Virus record (IMG/VR): IMGVR_UViG_3300045837_000213
Coordinates: 1-64,000 of that record
Source: a virus
Taxonomy: Duplodnaviria > Caudoviricetes
Reading direction: 5' to 3' (one strand)
Length of the DNA: 64,000 bases
In this document: positions 37,301 through 46,352 of the stretch, one piece after another
Position numbering within the stretch: the stretch's first letter is position 1
Layout: each line of letters opens with the position of its first letter
Program-made: the position numbers and the translations under genes
The notes under the pieces: generated by a model
What the model saw: only the letters and a program-made list of their open reading frames with translations
The model's database searches: none
Told to the model about the DNA's origin: nothing

Positions 37301-39511
37301 GAACTCAAGGCTGCCGGACTCCTCGAAGCGAAGGATGTCGCCGCTCTGCAAATTGTTGCGCTTGACGTTGACGGTCGTGTCGGAGGTGGCGACCGCCGCG
37401 ATGAGTTGTGCGGAAGGGGCGATTAAGAATGCTCCGTCCGTCGTCACTTGGCTGTCCAGGGTGACGAGATTCTGCACGACGAGTTCGGCGGCGTAGATTG
37501 ATTTGAACTTCTTTGAGAGTTGGCCGAGGTCGGTGTTGTAGGCCGTGACAACGCCTAACCGTGTGCCCGCGAGAGAAACGGTCGCGTTGTTGAGCGTCGC
37601 CGTTCCGGTCGCGGCTCCTATGTTCAACGTCGTCGCCGCGCCCGCGAAGTTCAGCGTCGTCGTCACGGTGTTATAGAGGTTGAGCGACGCCGAGTTGCTC
37701 TGAATGGTCGAGGCGTTGAGGTTGATGGTCGGGTTGTTGACAGTGAACGTGCCCGAAGACGCGCCGACGTTGATGGCGGTCGCAGCCCCGCCGAAGTTCA
37801 GGGTCGTCGTCGCCGTGTTGTAGAGCGCGAGCGTCGCCTGGTTGGTCTGGATTGTAGATGCGTTGATGGAGACGGTCGTCGAAGCGCCCGCGCCCATCGA
37901 GAGCGACGTGGCCGCGCCCGCGAAGTTCACCGTGGTCGCGGTCGTATTGATGAGGTTGAATGTTGCGTTCAGGGCGAGAAGGTCGGCCAGCGTCGTCTGG
38001 CTGCTCGCGTTGGTCGCCAGAATTGTCGAGGCCGCGCCCGCGCTCGTCGTCGTGACCGCGTGGACGTGGTCGCGGTGCGCGAAGACTAAAGACGTGCCCG
38101 GCGACGCCGCGCCCGTGGAGAGAGTCGCGGGGTCGGACGCGTCCAGAACGGTCTTCCACGCAGGCTCGGTGTCTCCGTTCGCCACGCCCAGCACGTTGAG
38201 GACGTTCGCCGCCGGGACGCTGATAGCCAGGCGCGACCACTTCGGCGTCGCGCCCTGACCCGTGATGATGTCGCCGCGCACCACGGACGCGGCGGTCGTG
38301 TCTCCGTGGTAGGCCGACAGAAGATTGACTGTGCCCCACGCAGGGTCTGTGCCGTTGCTCGTGAGCAGAGTATTCGCCGCACCGACACCGAGCCGCGCGT
38401 TGTCCGTGGCGTTGCGCGTGAGTAGATCGCCGCGCGCCGTCAATGGAGAGAGCGCGTTGAAGGCGGCGAGCGCCGTGGCCTGACCCGTGCCGCCGTAGGC
38501 GACGGAGACGGGCGTCGCCTGCCACGTGCCGGTCGTGATGGTGCCGACCGTGGCGATGTCAGTGCCGACGAGCTTGCTCGCCGAGATTGAGCCGGCGAGC
38601 ATCGCGTTCGTCACGCCGCCCGTCGAGATCGAAAAAGAGTTGCCCGTCAGCGACAGCCCCGCGCCGGCGACGTAGGTGCCCGCGCCGCCCGTCTGCGTGA
38701 ACTGAAGCGCGGTCGTGCCGACCGTGATCGTGTCGTTCGTGCAAGTCCACCACGTGTCTTGATTGACTGTGCCCGCGCGCACGGGGAACGTCGCCGAGAC
38801 CAACTCCGCGCCCGTCTGGCCGTCCGCCGCGCGCGTCAAAGCCGAGCCCGCGCCGCCAAAGACATAGACGCCGTTCTCGCTCGCCGTCGCCTGGTTCTTC
38901 AACAGCACGCGGTCGCCGCTGTTGAGCGTCACGCCGTCGAGAGACGACGGCGCGGAGGAGAGGGTGACGTTCGCCGTCGAGGCGGCAACCACGTCCTGCT
39001 TCCACTTCAACCCGACGATTGAATTGTCGACGTAGGTCTTCGTCGCGTGCTGCGACGCGGCGCGCGTCGAGGAGTTGGCCGAGAGCGTCACGTCGTCATC
39101 CAACTGTGAAGATTGCAGGCAGGCGTTCAACTGCGCCTGCGCGTCCGAAGTGAGGTTGGCGACGTAGCCCAGAGCGGTCGTCGTCACCGGCGAGGACGTG
39201 ACGTTCTTCGAGCCGTCCGTGACGACCACGCGCGAGGCCGTGCCGGAGGCGAGCACCGGCGAGACGCCGAAAGTGGCCGCCGAGTTGAAAGTGTGCGGCG
39301 CCGTCCACGTCGGCGAGATGCCCTGGTCGAGCGCGAGGCGCGCGTCCGACCTCAGCGCCGTGCCCGCCGTGCCCGGGTCGGCGGTCAGCCCGACGGCGAC
39401 GGAAGGCGTGCCGAAGGAGACGTCGGTCAGCACGCCGGAAGGGGCCTTCCAGACGCCGCAGTTGTTCGAGGCGTCCCACGTGTAAACGTAGCCGTCGGAT
39501 GAGAGAGGCAT
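34358..39511 (-). CDS. Long tail fibre with C-terminal intramolecular chaperone (peptidase S74-like)
   Basis: G/S/T/A-rich repeats; ATKTYVD, GDRVLLKNQ...ENGVY; PDYVLE...HLP...coiled coil. Confidence 0.9.
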   Translation of the reverse strand: MPLSSDGYVYTWDASNNCGVWKAPSGVLTDVSFGTPSVAVGLTADPGTAGTALRSDARLALDQGISPTWTAPHTFNSAATFGVSPVLASGTASRVVVTDGSKNVTSSPVTTTALGYVANLTSDAQAQLNACLQSSQLDDDVTLSANSSTRAASQHATKTYVDNSIVGLKWKQDVVAASTANVTLSSAPSSLDGVTLNSGDRVLLKNQATASENGVYVFGGAGSALTRAADGQTGAELVSATFPVRAGTVNQDTWWTCTNDTITVGTTALQFTQTGGAGTYVAGAGLSLTGNSFSISTGGVTNAMLAGSISASKLVGTDIATVGTITTGTWQATPVSVAYGGTGQATALAAFNALSPLTARGDLLTRNATDNARLGVGAANTLLTSNGTDPAWGTVNLLSAYHGDTTAASVVRGDIITGQGATPKWSRLAISVPAANVLNVLGVANGDTEPAWKTVLDASDPATLSTGAASPGTSLVFAHRDHVHAVTTTSAGAASTILATNASSQTTLADLLALNATFNLINTTATTVNFAGAATSLSMGAGASTTVSINASTIQTNQATLALYNTATTTLNFGGAATAINVGASSGTFTVNNPTINLNASTIQSNSASLNLYNTVTTTLNFAGAATTLNIGAATGTATLNNATVSLAGTRLGVVTAYNTDLGQLSKKFKSIYAAELVVQNLVTLDSQVTTDGAFLIAPSAQLIAAVATSDTTVNVKRNNLQSGDILRFEESGSLEFMRVTSGPSTVTGGYQYSVARNLDGTGANAWNAGDAALDTGQAGNGYWDIFSLHSTVSVAPDFIYNATAAPAFSSNYAASANWSPFGDSANVLNGAIYFGVQNTSWNNLYFNVTTAASYSATLVWEYWNGSAWTSFTPTFVGNTNGDWKATGWQGFEWTASSLTSWASSTVNSQSAFWVRVRISAFTSWATTPQQSARRVYYNKGQVGPTQVLWKRNSSTWNDITEHAAFGELVGFYGYTASTVGIALGEYAAGKTHVTIDSTNGYRTINGLSTVVQQIDAAGNITVGQVAAGQSNVRISSGEVDIRLNTTNRIQLTSAGVLNINDSAGNNMIQLDASQGMFLVGKMQVSGSGAAFTLGTTPPTDATHGTGIWVDRTGIFGLNAGTQNFILDATSGQITATGATVSGAITATSGSITGPLTISSSSGSISIGSLPPTDSLHGTGLWLDRTGLYALNGGLRIFRIDATSGNVIASGGSIAGWTLSSSRISSTHVYVDNTGEYISMGATPPTSYGANAGVYLEGANSGRLSLYKDANNYLQWDSSKVLIKAANFTLDSSGNLTATSATISGAITATSGSFTGAVTISSSSGSFALGTTPPTSASAGTGVWMDRTGLYGLSSGNQLLKIDATSGNLVVGRTDSASGALIVNVPTNSGFGSAYWQNSGGANILAIQAKDDSTNVISQASITAAGSSTNTTGALVLKAWNYAGTQSALLKLSGGTSSDARVYADAGSLSGLTVGSNAAPIAMLDVRGDGAFSASSGTAYVQIYTTDTASFQYFQLGDGTTSRGSGLFEVINSTSALSTRRGNLEIFNQSQVSGGNNAIAFFCDNNSRGHADLTIAQDGGVFLGTATGSSKGAGTVNVSGDMYKNGASYTNPDYVLEHWATGKVERFIDHDGAREYAGLRPLEAVEEFARTWWHLPRFGQTAGHGLFSGGDALLASVEEAYLYLFDHESRVAKLERQVRELRRCTSGTLTAADLPPA

Positions 39512-39518
39512 GTGCTTG

Positions 39519-42500
39519 TTACCCGGTGGCGGTCGAGGCGAGACCCGGCGAGCCGTCGAACATCTCGCAGACCTCGACGGTCAATGCGGAGGGGATCGTG
39601 CCGCCGCCCCCCGTGTTGAAGTCCTGCTGCTGCATGGCGCGCGTGTAGGTGAAGGAGCGCGCCTGCGTATGATCCACGCGCGCCTGGAGAGCGTCCTGCG
39701 CCTCGCCCGAAAGCTGACCGACGGTGGCCTGCGCCTGGTAGGGCCAGCGCACGGGCGAGACGTTGGCGACGAAGATCGGCTTCGAGAGGTCTCCGACGTA
39801 GAAGCGGATGACGCCGCTGGCGACCTCAATCGCGCACGGGGTACCTGCCACGGCGATGCGCTTCGATGAGTCGAAGGCGACTGAGCAGGGGCGCAGGTAG
39901 AGCACGCCCGACGCGACCACGGCGTCGAGAGAGCAGAAGGCCGGCGAGGGGACGAGAGCGGGGTAGCTCATCGTGAAGCTCGCGGGTGTGCCCGAGAGAG
40001 AGACAGGCGTGCCGTTCGGGATGAGCGCGATCTGAAAGCGCCCCTCCGTGGCGTTCACGACGTAGTAAGCGCCGCTCAGGGGTGAGGCGGAGTTGAAGAC
40101 CACCTGGTCGCCGTTCTGCCAGTAATGATCGGGCGCGACGATCTCATTCGTCGCCGTGTCGCGCCCGCACGCCACGGTCGCGCCCACAAGGCGGAACTGG
40201 AGCGGCGGGTAGTGCGTGCCGAGCGTGAAGTGGACTAACGAGTCGCCGTAGATGATCTGGCCGGCCTGGAAGTCGCACGTGTGCGTCGCGTCGCCCGCGG
40301 TCGAGAGCGTGCCGTCTTCCGCGACCGAGGCGATTGAGGACGTGCCGAAGAGGTACTGCCACGCGAGCGGTTCGGAGTAGCCCGTCTCGACGTAGTGCGT
40401 GCGAATCAGGGTCGCGCCGTTGAAGACGCGGACGCGATAGACCTCGGCGACGCCGCCCGGGCCGAGCGAGCCGCGCCGGCCCTTATCCCAGGAGGCCGTC
40501 AGAGGCGAGCCGTTCGACGCGTCGAGTCGCGTGAGCTTGAGGTTCGACGGCTGCGGCAGGAAGGCGTCGGCCTGGAACGTGTACGAGGTCGCGGGCACGG
40601 TCGCGATGTCCGCGCCGGCGGCGACGAACTTATGGTCGCGCGCGACGAGCGCCTCCGACGCGTCCACCGGCAGGAACTTGAGCGCGTCGTCCAGGACGAG
40701 CAGCCGCTCGCTCGACGAGTGCCCGCTCATCGCCGTCTGGTCTTGCGCGCGGTTGACGAGGTTCGAGAAGCGCCAGCGGTTCGCGTAGCCGCCCAGTTGC
40801 GTCGCCGTCTTGTATTGCAGGCGCTCCGACCCGACCATCAGGCGGCCCAAACCGGCCGCGATGTCCGCGTCAGTGAAGCTGGCCGTCGGCTGCACCGTCC
40901 CGTAGATGTCGGCGTCTATTGTCTCGCTCCCGGTGTTCGTCGCCGCCAACGTCGTGGCGCAGACGCCGACGCACGCGTAGCGCGTCAGGTCGCACTCCTT
41001 CCTGTAACCCGCGCCGCGGTCGACATTGACCGCGCAGCCGCGGAACGGGGCCTGCTCGTAAGAGGCGACGCCTACGTAGTAGCCCTCCTTGCCCGTCGCC
41101 GCGTCTTCCGCCGTGAGGTAGTCGGTCTCGGCGAACTGCCCGACGAGAGTCGGCGGGAAGAAGACGGCGGGCGGCGTCCACGTCGGGGGCAACAGGTTCA
41201 CGGGTTCGTGGTACTGCGCGCCGGCGACGAAGACGCCCTTGAAGGCGAGCGAGCCGGGCACGGGCCCCGTCCGCTCGGAGACTCTCACCGTGTAGGTCGT
41301 GTCGCCGTCGTCTAATTCGAGAACGGTCGCGGCGGTCGCGACGAGGTACTGGTGCGGCAGGTCGAATTCGACGGCGTAGCGCCCCTCCGTCCACGCGGTC
41401 TCGCCGAGGCGCCGGGCGACCGCCGCGACCTCGTCGGGCGAGAGCGCCATCAGCGTCGTCGCCTGCTGCGGCGTCTGCGAGGTCGTCTCGTCGCGCATCC
41501 ACGAGCGCGTGACGTTCATAAATTCCGCGTTCGGGTCGTAGGCCGTGAGGTCTATGCGGCGCGGCAGCTCCACGTCGTTGAGCTTGACGCTCGTTCGAAC
41601 CAGCTTCGGCGCGTCGTTCGACTGCGAGTCGCCGCCCGCCTTCTGCGCGCCGAAGCCGAGGTGGTCGGGCGGCACGTGGTAGCTGGCCGCGCCCCCGCGA
41701 AGCACGGCAGTCACCGCGCCGCCTATGTGCGCGAAGTCGAAGCCCCACCGAATCTGGAGCGTCTGCGCGGCGATCTGTTTCAGCGAGGCGGGCTGCGTGA
41801 CGGCCATGCCGCGCACGTAGAGAGAGGAGAGAGCCGAAAAGTCGTAGTCGGCGGTGAGCGCGCCCGAGCGCACGGCGAGGTCGTCGAGGACGGCCTGCGC
41901 CGTGATGATTGATTTCGAGCGCAGGACGGCGGTGAAGTTCGGCACCCTCTGATAGTTCGTGAGGTTGAAGCGCTCCAACACGAGGTAGCAGCGCCCCTTG
42001 TACGCGGGCGCGACCGGAAGCCCGGAGCCGTATTCGACGGGGAACTGTGTCTGCCAGTAGGCGTCAATTATGGGGTCGGGGAGTTGCGCCTCGTTGCCGG
42101 GGTAGAAGCGGAGTGCGGAGAACGCGCCGCCGACGACCGTGGCCGAGACCATGCCCGTCGTGTCGGGCGCGGGGACGATCGAGAAGTTGGCCGCCGGGTT
42201 GTCACGGTAAACCGGGTCGAGCGGCGAGGGCGGCGCGAGGTGGTTGATCGTGGGCGGCGTGACGGGCGTCGGGTTGACCGCGCCCGTCACGCCGGGCACG
42301 CTCACCGTCAGCTTGTCGAGGAGCAGCGTCGTCGAGGAGAGATTTGTGACCTTAATCGTGTTGAGCGCGCCGGAGGCGAGCGCGAACGGCGCGGAGAAGT
42401 AGCCGAGCGCATAGACGCCGCCCGTCGAGTTCAACGTCGTCGTGAAGGTCGAAGTGCCGGCCGCGCCCGACCAGTCGAACCTGACCGAGACCGCCGCCGC

Positions 42501-43124
42501 CGCCGAGTAGAAAAAGTTGAGGCGGTAAGCAGCGCCGTTGCCGACGACGCCGTTGAATTGCAGCGACGCGTTCAGCCCCATCGAGACGGCCTTGCCGCCC
42601 GACGCCGCGGCGTCCGTGATCGTGGTCGCGCCGCCCGCCGGGGTGTTCCCCACGTATTCGGCCTCGTATGAGCCGAAGGCTTCGGGGATGCCCAGTTGCG
42701 GGCGGATGTCGTAGATGAGGTCGGCGTCGGCGTAGAGCGCGAGCAGTTCGCACTCGGTGTCGGCGAACATGATGCCGATGTCGGCCTCGTAATTGTCGTT
42801 GATGATTTGGGTCGAGCGCGCGCCCTTGCCCGACCCTTGCGTCTCGGTCGTCGTCGTCTGGAATTTCCTGATGTCGCTTAAATAGACGACGTTTCCGGCG
42901 ATGCGAAACCCGTGCGCGCTCCCGTCGGGCTGCACGCCCCCATAAACCAGCGGGATCATCGAGCCGTATTCGCTATCCTGTATCTGAACAGAGCCGGAGA
43001 GTTGGCCGCGCTCCTGGGCTTTCGGCTTCGGCGTTAATAAATAATTTAATGTGAACTCCGCCGCTGAGGTTGCGGCTGCGACCGCAGCAACGAGGAGTAT
43101 ACTTCCTGAGATCGGATCGGCCAT
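39519..43124 (-). CDS. Tail tip/central fibre (host-specificity J-like) protein with carbohydrate-binding insert
   Basis: YGSMIPLVYG..RIAGNV, PAYKGRCYLV, PNFT motifs; YEAE CBM-like insert. Confidence 0.85.
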   Translation of the reverse strand: MADPISGSILLVAAVAAATSAAEFTLNYLLTPKPKAQERGQLSGSVQIQDSEYGSMIPLVYGGVQPDGSAHGFRIAGNVVYLSDIRKFQTTTTETQGSGKGARSTQIINDNYEADIGIMFADTECELLALYADADLIYDIRPQLGIPEAFGSYEAEYVGNTPAGGATTITDAAASGGKAVSMGLNASLQFNGVVGNGAAYRLNFFYSAAAAVSVRFDWSGAAGTSTFTTTLNSTGGVYALGYFSAPFALASGALNTIKVTNLSSTTLLLDKLTVSVPGVTGAVNPTPVTPPTINHLAPPSPLDPVYRDNPAANFSIVPAPDTTGMVSATVVGGAFSALRFYPGNEAQLPDPIIDAYWQTQFPVEYGSGLPVAPAYKGRCYLVLERFNLTNYQRVPNFTAVLRSKSIITAQAVLDDLAVRSGALTADYDFSALSSLYVRGMAVTQPASLKQIAAQTLQIRWGFDFAHIGGAVTAVLRGGAASYHVPPDHLGFGAQKAGGDSQSNDAPKLVRTSVKLNDVELPRRIDLTAYDPNAEFMNVTRSWMRDETTSQTPQQATTLMALSPDEVAAVARRLGETAWTEGRYAVEFDLPHQYLVATAATVLELDDGDTTYTVRVSERTGPVPGSLAFKGVFVAGAQYHEPVNLLPPTWTPPAVFFPPTLVGQFAETDYLTAEDAATGKEGYYVGVASYEQAPFRGCAVNVDRGAGYRKECDLTRYACVGVCATTLAATNTGSETIDADIYGTVQPTASFTDADIAAGLGRLMVGSERLQYKTATQLGGYANRWRFSNLVNRAQDQTAMSGHSSSERLLVLDDALKFLPVDASEALVARDHKFVAAGADIATVPATSYTFQADAFLPQPSNLKLTRLDASNGSPLTASWDKGRRGSLGPGGVAEVYRVRVFNGATLIRTHYVETGYSEPLAWQYLFGTSSIASVAEDGTLSTAGDATHTCDFQAGQIIYGDSLVHFTLGTHYPPLQFRLVGATVACGRDTATNEIVAPDHYWQNGDQVVFNSASPLSGAYYVVNATEGRFQIALIPNGTPVSLSGTPASFTMSYPALVPSPAFCSLDAVVASGVLYLRPCSVAFDSSKRIAVAGTPCAIEVASGVIRFYVGDLSKPIFVANVSPVRWPYQAQATVGQLSGEAQDALQARVDHTQARSFTYTRAMQQQDFNTGGGGTIPSALTVEVCEMFDGSPGLASTATG

Positions 43125-43334
43125 TTTGTGAGAAAAAGAAAAATGCCAGTGGGCAGACGTAGAGGTCTGCCCCCGCTGGCATTTTCGAGGTTCCGTTTTT
43201 TCCTTGATTATAGGTCGCGGTTCGCCGTCGCGGCCCGATCAGGAGTGACGCGCGTTGCGCGCGCTGTTAATACCATGCATTATAGCCGCGCCACTTGTCA
43301 ATTTGTTTCTCACGAATGGTAAAGGAGGCGAAAA

Positions 43335-43787
43335 ATGACGCGAATTTTTGCGATGGCCCTACTTTTCTCAGCCTTCGCCCTGGCGCATGGCGCTCCGCAA
43401 GTCGCCGACAGGCCAGCAGGTAAGGCCACGGTCTATTTTTACAGGCTCAAGGAGTCGGGGCCCTACATCAAGACCAAGACGAGTGTTTACTGCGACGATG
43501 AAAAGCTGGCGGAGATAGGGAACGAGAGATATTTCGCCGCCATGCTCGAACCCGGCATTCACACGTTCAGGTCAACAGATAAGCAGAGCGGCATCGAGAA
43601 AGAATTGAAGGCTGGCGAGGTCTATTATGTGAGAATCGAAATGAATTTGACCCGGATTAAATTATTCCGCAAGCCACCTTTCAGGGTGGCGACCGTCGAG
43701 CCTGAGCAGGGTAAGTATGAGGTAAAGCGATTGAAGCCCATAAGTGAAGGTGATGTTAAGAACCATGAGAAGGTGACATTGCGGTAA
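43335..43787 (+). CDS. Secreted DUF2846-like protein (moron)
   Basis: Signal peptide; KATVYFYR, LEPGIH, LKAGEVYYVR. Confidence 0.75.
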   Translation: MTRIFAMALLFSAFALAHGAPQVADRPAGKATVYFYRLKESGPYIKTKTSVYCDDEKLAEIGNERYFAAMLEPGIHTFRSTDKQSGIEKELKAGEVYYVRIEMNLTRIKLFRKPPFRVATVEPEQGKYEVKRLKPISEGDVKNHEKVTLR

Positions 43788-44027
43788 TTACAATTTAGGC
43801 TCGCGCTCGTGGACGTATCTCTCAAGGCAAGTGTAGCCGTCCGCTTTGGCTTGTGCGGCGTAGCCCCTGAGCCTGGCGATGATCTGCTCCGGCGTGCCCC
43901 GCGTCGTGTCATTCAAGATCGCCGCCGCCGAGAGCACGTCACCCCGCGTAAACTCGAACTCGTCTATGACGAGGAGTAAAGCGTCCTCCAACTCCGGCCT
44001 GCCCGTGTAGTAAAACCCCCCGCTCAC
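43788..44027 (-). CDS. Hypothetical protein
   Basis: Coupled to the upstream HTH gene. Confidence 0.5.
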   Translation of the reverse strand: MSGGFYYTGRPELEDALLLVIDEFEFTRGDVLSAAAILNDTTRGTPEQIIARLRGYAAQAKADGYTCLERYVHEREPKL

Positions 44028-44251
44028 TTCTTCCCGCCTTTCTTTGTTGATGGCCGCCCGCCCTTATCAGGCGTGAACTCTTGAAGGTCGCGGCGTGAGA
44101 TGAATTTCTTTCCCGCGATTTCAATGAATGGGAGTTTACCTTGTCTTACTAGATGGCTAATCGCCTGTTTGGTAGTGCCGCGCTCTTCCGCGGCCTGCGT
44201 GATTGTAAGGAGTTCTTCGGGGTCTATTTTCACCATATACCTATTATACAT
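44024..44251 (-). CDS. Excisionase-like HTH regulator
   Basis: LLTITQAAEERGTTKQAISHLVRQGKL; GGRP tail. Confidence 0.8.
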   Translation of the reverse strand: MYNRYMVKIDPEELLTITQAAEERGTTKQAISHLVRQGKLPFIEIAGKKFISRRDLQEFTPDKGGRPSTKKGGKK

Positions 44252-44345
44252 ACCTTTTGCCGGATGACAATATGTTATGCAAATTAAATATGCGGCTTGG
44301 CAATAAATCTCTTGCCTTCCGACAAAAGGTTATTTATAATCCTTT
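44252..44345. promoter_or_regulatory. Divergent AT-rich promoter region of the moron
   Basis: TTGCCT upstream of TATAAT on the + strand; GACAATATGTTATGCA site shared with the cI/cro region. Confidence 0.6.
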
Positions 44346-44498
44346 TGTCGCTAGACAAAAGGAAAGGCGGGCGAACATGGAAGACAAGAAAGAGCAGAAG
44401 CAGGAGACGCCGGAGGAGCGGGCCGAGCGGCAGGAGCTTAACCGGCGGATGTTCGAGTGGTTCTACGGCTACTGCGGCCAGATGGAGACGACGGTTCT

Positions 44499-44858
44499 AT
44501 GTTAAGGAAATTTCGTCCCATTACGCTCATCACCCCTTTACAGGCGGCCACGCTTCTCGGCGTTGACCGCGCGGAACTCTTCAGGCGTTCGGGAGTCGCG
44601 GCGCACCTGGCGAAGGTGCGCCAAGGGAAACGCTTCTCTTTCGTCCTCGAAGAAGTCGAGGCTCTCAGAAAGGAGTTACTTATGGATTACGTGATTCTAT
44701 TGGCCCGCGACCCAAGCTCGCTCGCCTCTCAGGTAAACGACCTTATCAAGCGCGGGTGGCAGCCTCAGGGCGGCGTCGCCGCGAGCGAAGTTCACGAGGA
44801 AGGGACGGCGGCAGCGACGCAGTGGGCGCAGGCGATGGTTAAGCCCCAGTCGGAGTAA
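44499..44858 (+). CDS. HTH protein paralogous to 6820-7080, fused to a DUF1737-like domain
   Basis: AHLAKVRQG...FVLEEVEA; VNDLIKRGWQPQGGV...AQAMVK. Confidence 0.65.
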   Translation: MLRKFRPITLITPLQAATLLGVDRAELFRRSGVAAHLAKVRQGKRFSFVLEEVEALRKELLMDYVILLARDPSSLASQVNDLIKRGWQPQGGVAASEVHEEGTAAATQWAQAMVKPQSE

Positions 44859-44889
44859 ACGAACATTCCTCAGGAAGGGAGAGGGATTC

Positions 44890-45303
44890 ATGGCACAACG
44901 GGAAAGCACGGACGATATGTATTCATTACTCAAGAGGCGTTTCGACTGCTCGGAGCGGGCCGCGCTCGTCAGGCGGAAATTCGAGGTGCTGACGGTCGGG
45001 CGCGTCTCTTACCTGATTCAGTCAATCGTCTCCGAGGAGCAGGACACCTTCAAAGAGAGGTTCAACCGCCCGATCACCTTCGAGCAGGCGAAGGAGTTGG
45101 CGTCGCGGCTCCTGACGGGCGACTTCGGCGGCGGCGACGGGCAGATTCACGCCCTCATCGAGCTAATCGTCGGGATCGCCTACGAGGAGGATCACGTCGA
45201 GCGCGAACGGCTTGCGATGAGCGCTATCCGCGAGGCGTTCTTTTTCTCGGAGGCCCACGACGAAGCTTTGAACCAATTTTTCCATTGCGGGCCGAAGCAA
45301 TGA
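44890..45303 (+). CDS. Hypothetical helical protein
   Basis: GAGGG RBS; coupled to the HNH gene. Confidence 0.6.
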   Translation: MAQRESTDDMYSLLKRRFDCSERAALVRRKFEVLTVGRVSYLIQSIVSEEQDTFKERFNRPITFEQAKELASRLLTGDFGGGDGQIHALIELIVGIAYEEDHVERERLAMSAIREAFFFSEAHDEALNQFFHCGPKQ

Positions 45304-45605
45304 GGCGAAGATTGACTCAGGCGGAAAAGTTGCGACGGCTCTTCCAAAGGCGTCGTATGGCTACGGCCCGGCGGATGCTACGCCGGGCCGCGTCATACGG
45401 CGTAAGGGCCGAACATGTGACCCTCGACGAGATCATCGAGCGCGACGGAACGCGCTGCCACCTTTGCGGCTTAGAAACAGACGTGGACGATAGGACTCAC
45501 GACCACGTTGTGCCTCTCGTCAGGGGCGGGGAGCATACGACTATCAACTTACGCATCGCCCACAGGCGGTGTAATTCAATGAAGGGCGGTAAGAGTCACG
45601 CCTGA
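45300..45605 (+). CDS. HNH endonuclease
   Basis: RDGTRCHLCG...DHVVPLVRGG...NLRIAHRRCNSMKG. Confidence 0.92.
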   Translation: MRRRLTQAEKLRRLFQRRRMATARRMLRRAASYGVRAEHVTLDEIIERDGTRCHLCGLETDVDDRTHDHVVPLVRGGEHTTINLRIAHRRCNSMKGGKSHA

Positions 45606-45624
45606 TTCTAAAACGAGTTTTCTT

Positions 45625-45704
45625 GGGCGGGCATGGCTCGGTGAGGTAGGGCAACGCATGGAACGGTTTGGCCCGGCGCAGTATGGCCTGGCAAGGCATG
45701 GTTC
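45625..45704 (+). ncRNA. GGY-NN pentamer array 1 (candidate guide RNA)
   Basis: gggcg ggcat ggctc ggtga ggtag ggcaa cgcat ggaac ggttt ggccc ggcgc agtat ggcct ggcaa ggcat ggttc; intergenic. Confidence 0.85.
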
Positions 45705-45725
45705 AAACGCAAAAGGAGCATGAGA

Positions 45726-46349
45726 ATGTCAAACATCGTCAAGGCGAAAATCACGATCAGGGGTATGCGTCCGCTCTTACAACATCATTTCGGGCCGGAC
45801 GCGTTGCCTTTGGAAAAGCAGGAGAAAGACGGCGTGGCGGGGAACTCGCCCAACGAGTGGCGGAAGACGGCGATGGTCACTAAAGACGGCCAGCTTTACC
45901 TTGAGCCGACCTACGCCTTTGCCACAATCCGCGACGCGGCGAAGTACACGAAAAAGGGGAGAGGCTCACTCCAAACCGCCGTCGCCGCCACCCTTCAAGT
46001 GCTGGACGACAGGATTTTGATTGATAGGTTTTTTCCGGGCTTCCCGAACGGACATGCCTTCGACATCCAGAAGGTCGAGCCGCCTTCGCTCGACAGGGAG
46101 CTTCCGGTTTACCTCGACGTGCAGTCTGTGAGGAATCCGACCACCAAAGCCCGCAACGTCAGGTACAGGGTGGCCGCATCCTCCGGCTGGTCGTGTTCGT
46201 TTACGATCATGTTCGACAAGACAGTCGTTGACCGTAACCAGATGCAAGCTGTCCTTAATGACGCCGGCACTCTCGTCGGTATTGCCGACGGCAGAAGCGT
46301 TGGGTTTGGCAGGTTTTCCGTTGAAGCTTTCGACTTCTTAGAGTCTTAA
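45726..46349 (+). CDS. Stand-alone Cas7/RAMP-like protein (Vipr-like effector)
   Basis: First strand ITIRGMRPLLQH, YLEP...TIRDAA helix, RNVRYR, W.CSFTI, C-terminal G-loop GIADGRSVGFGRF; AAGGAG RBS; no other cas gene adjacent. Confidence 0.82.
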   Translation: MSNIVKAKITIRGMRPLLQHHFGPDALPLEKQEKDGVAGNSPNEWRKTAMVTKDGQLYLEPTYAFATIRDAAKYTKKGRGSLQTAVAATLQVLDDRILIDRFFPGFPNGHAFDIQKVEPPSLDRELPVYLDVQSVRNPTTKARNVRYRVAASSGWSCSFTIMFDKTVVDRNQMQAVLNDAGTLVGIADGRSVGFGRFSVEAFDFLES

Positions 46350-46352
46350 CGC

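Noticed and set aside
34358-39511. Diversity-generating retroelement acting on the tail fibre
   Set aside because: Internal repeats are protein-level duplications; no reverse transcriptase or adenine-specific TR/VR pair is seen.
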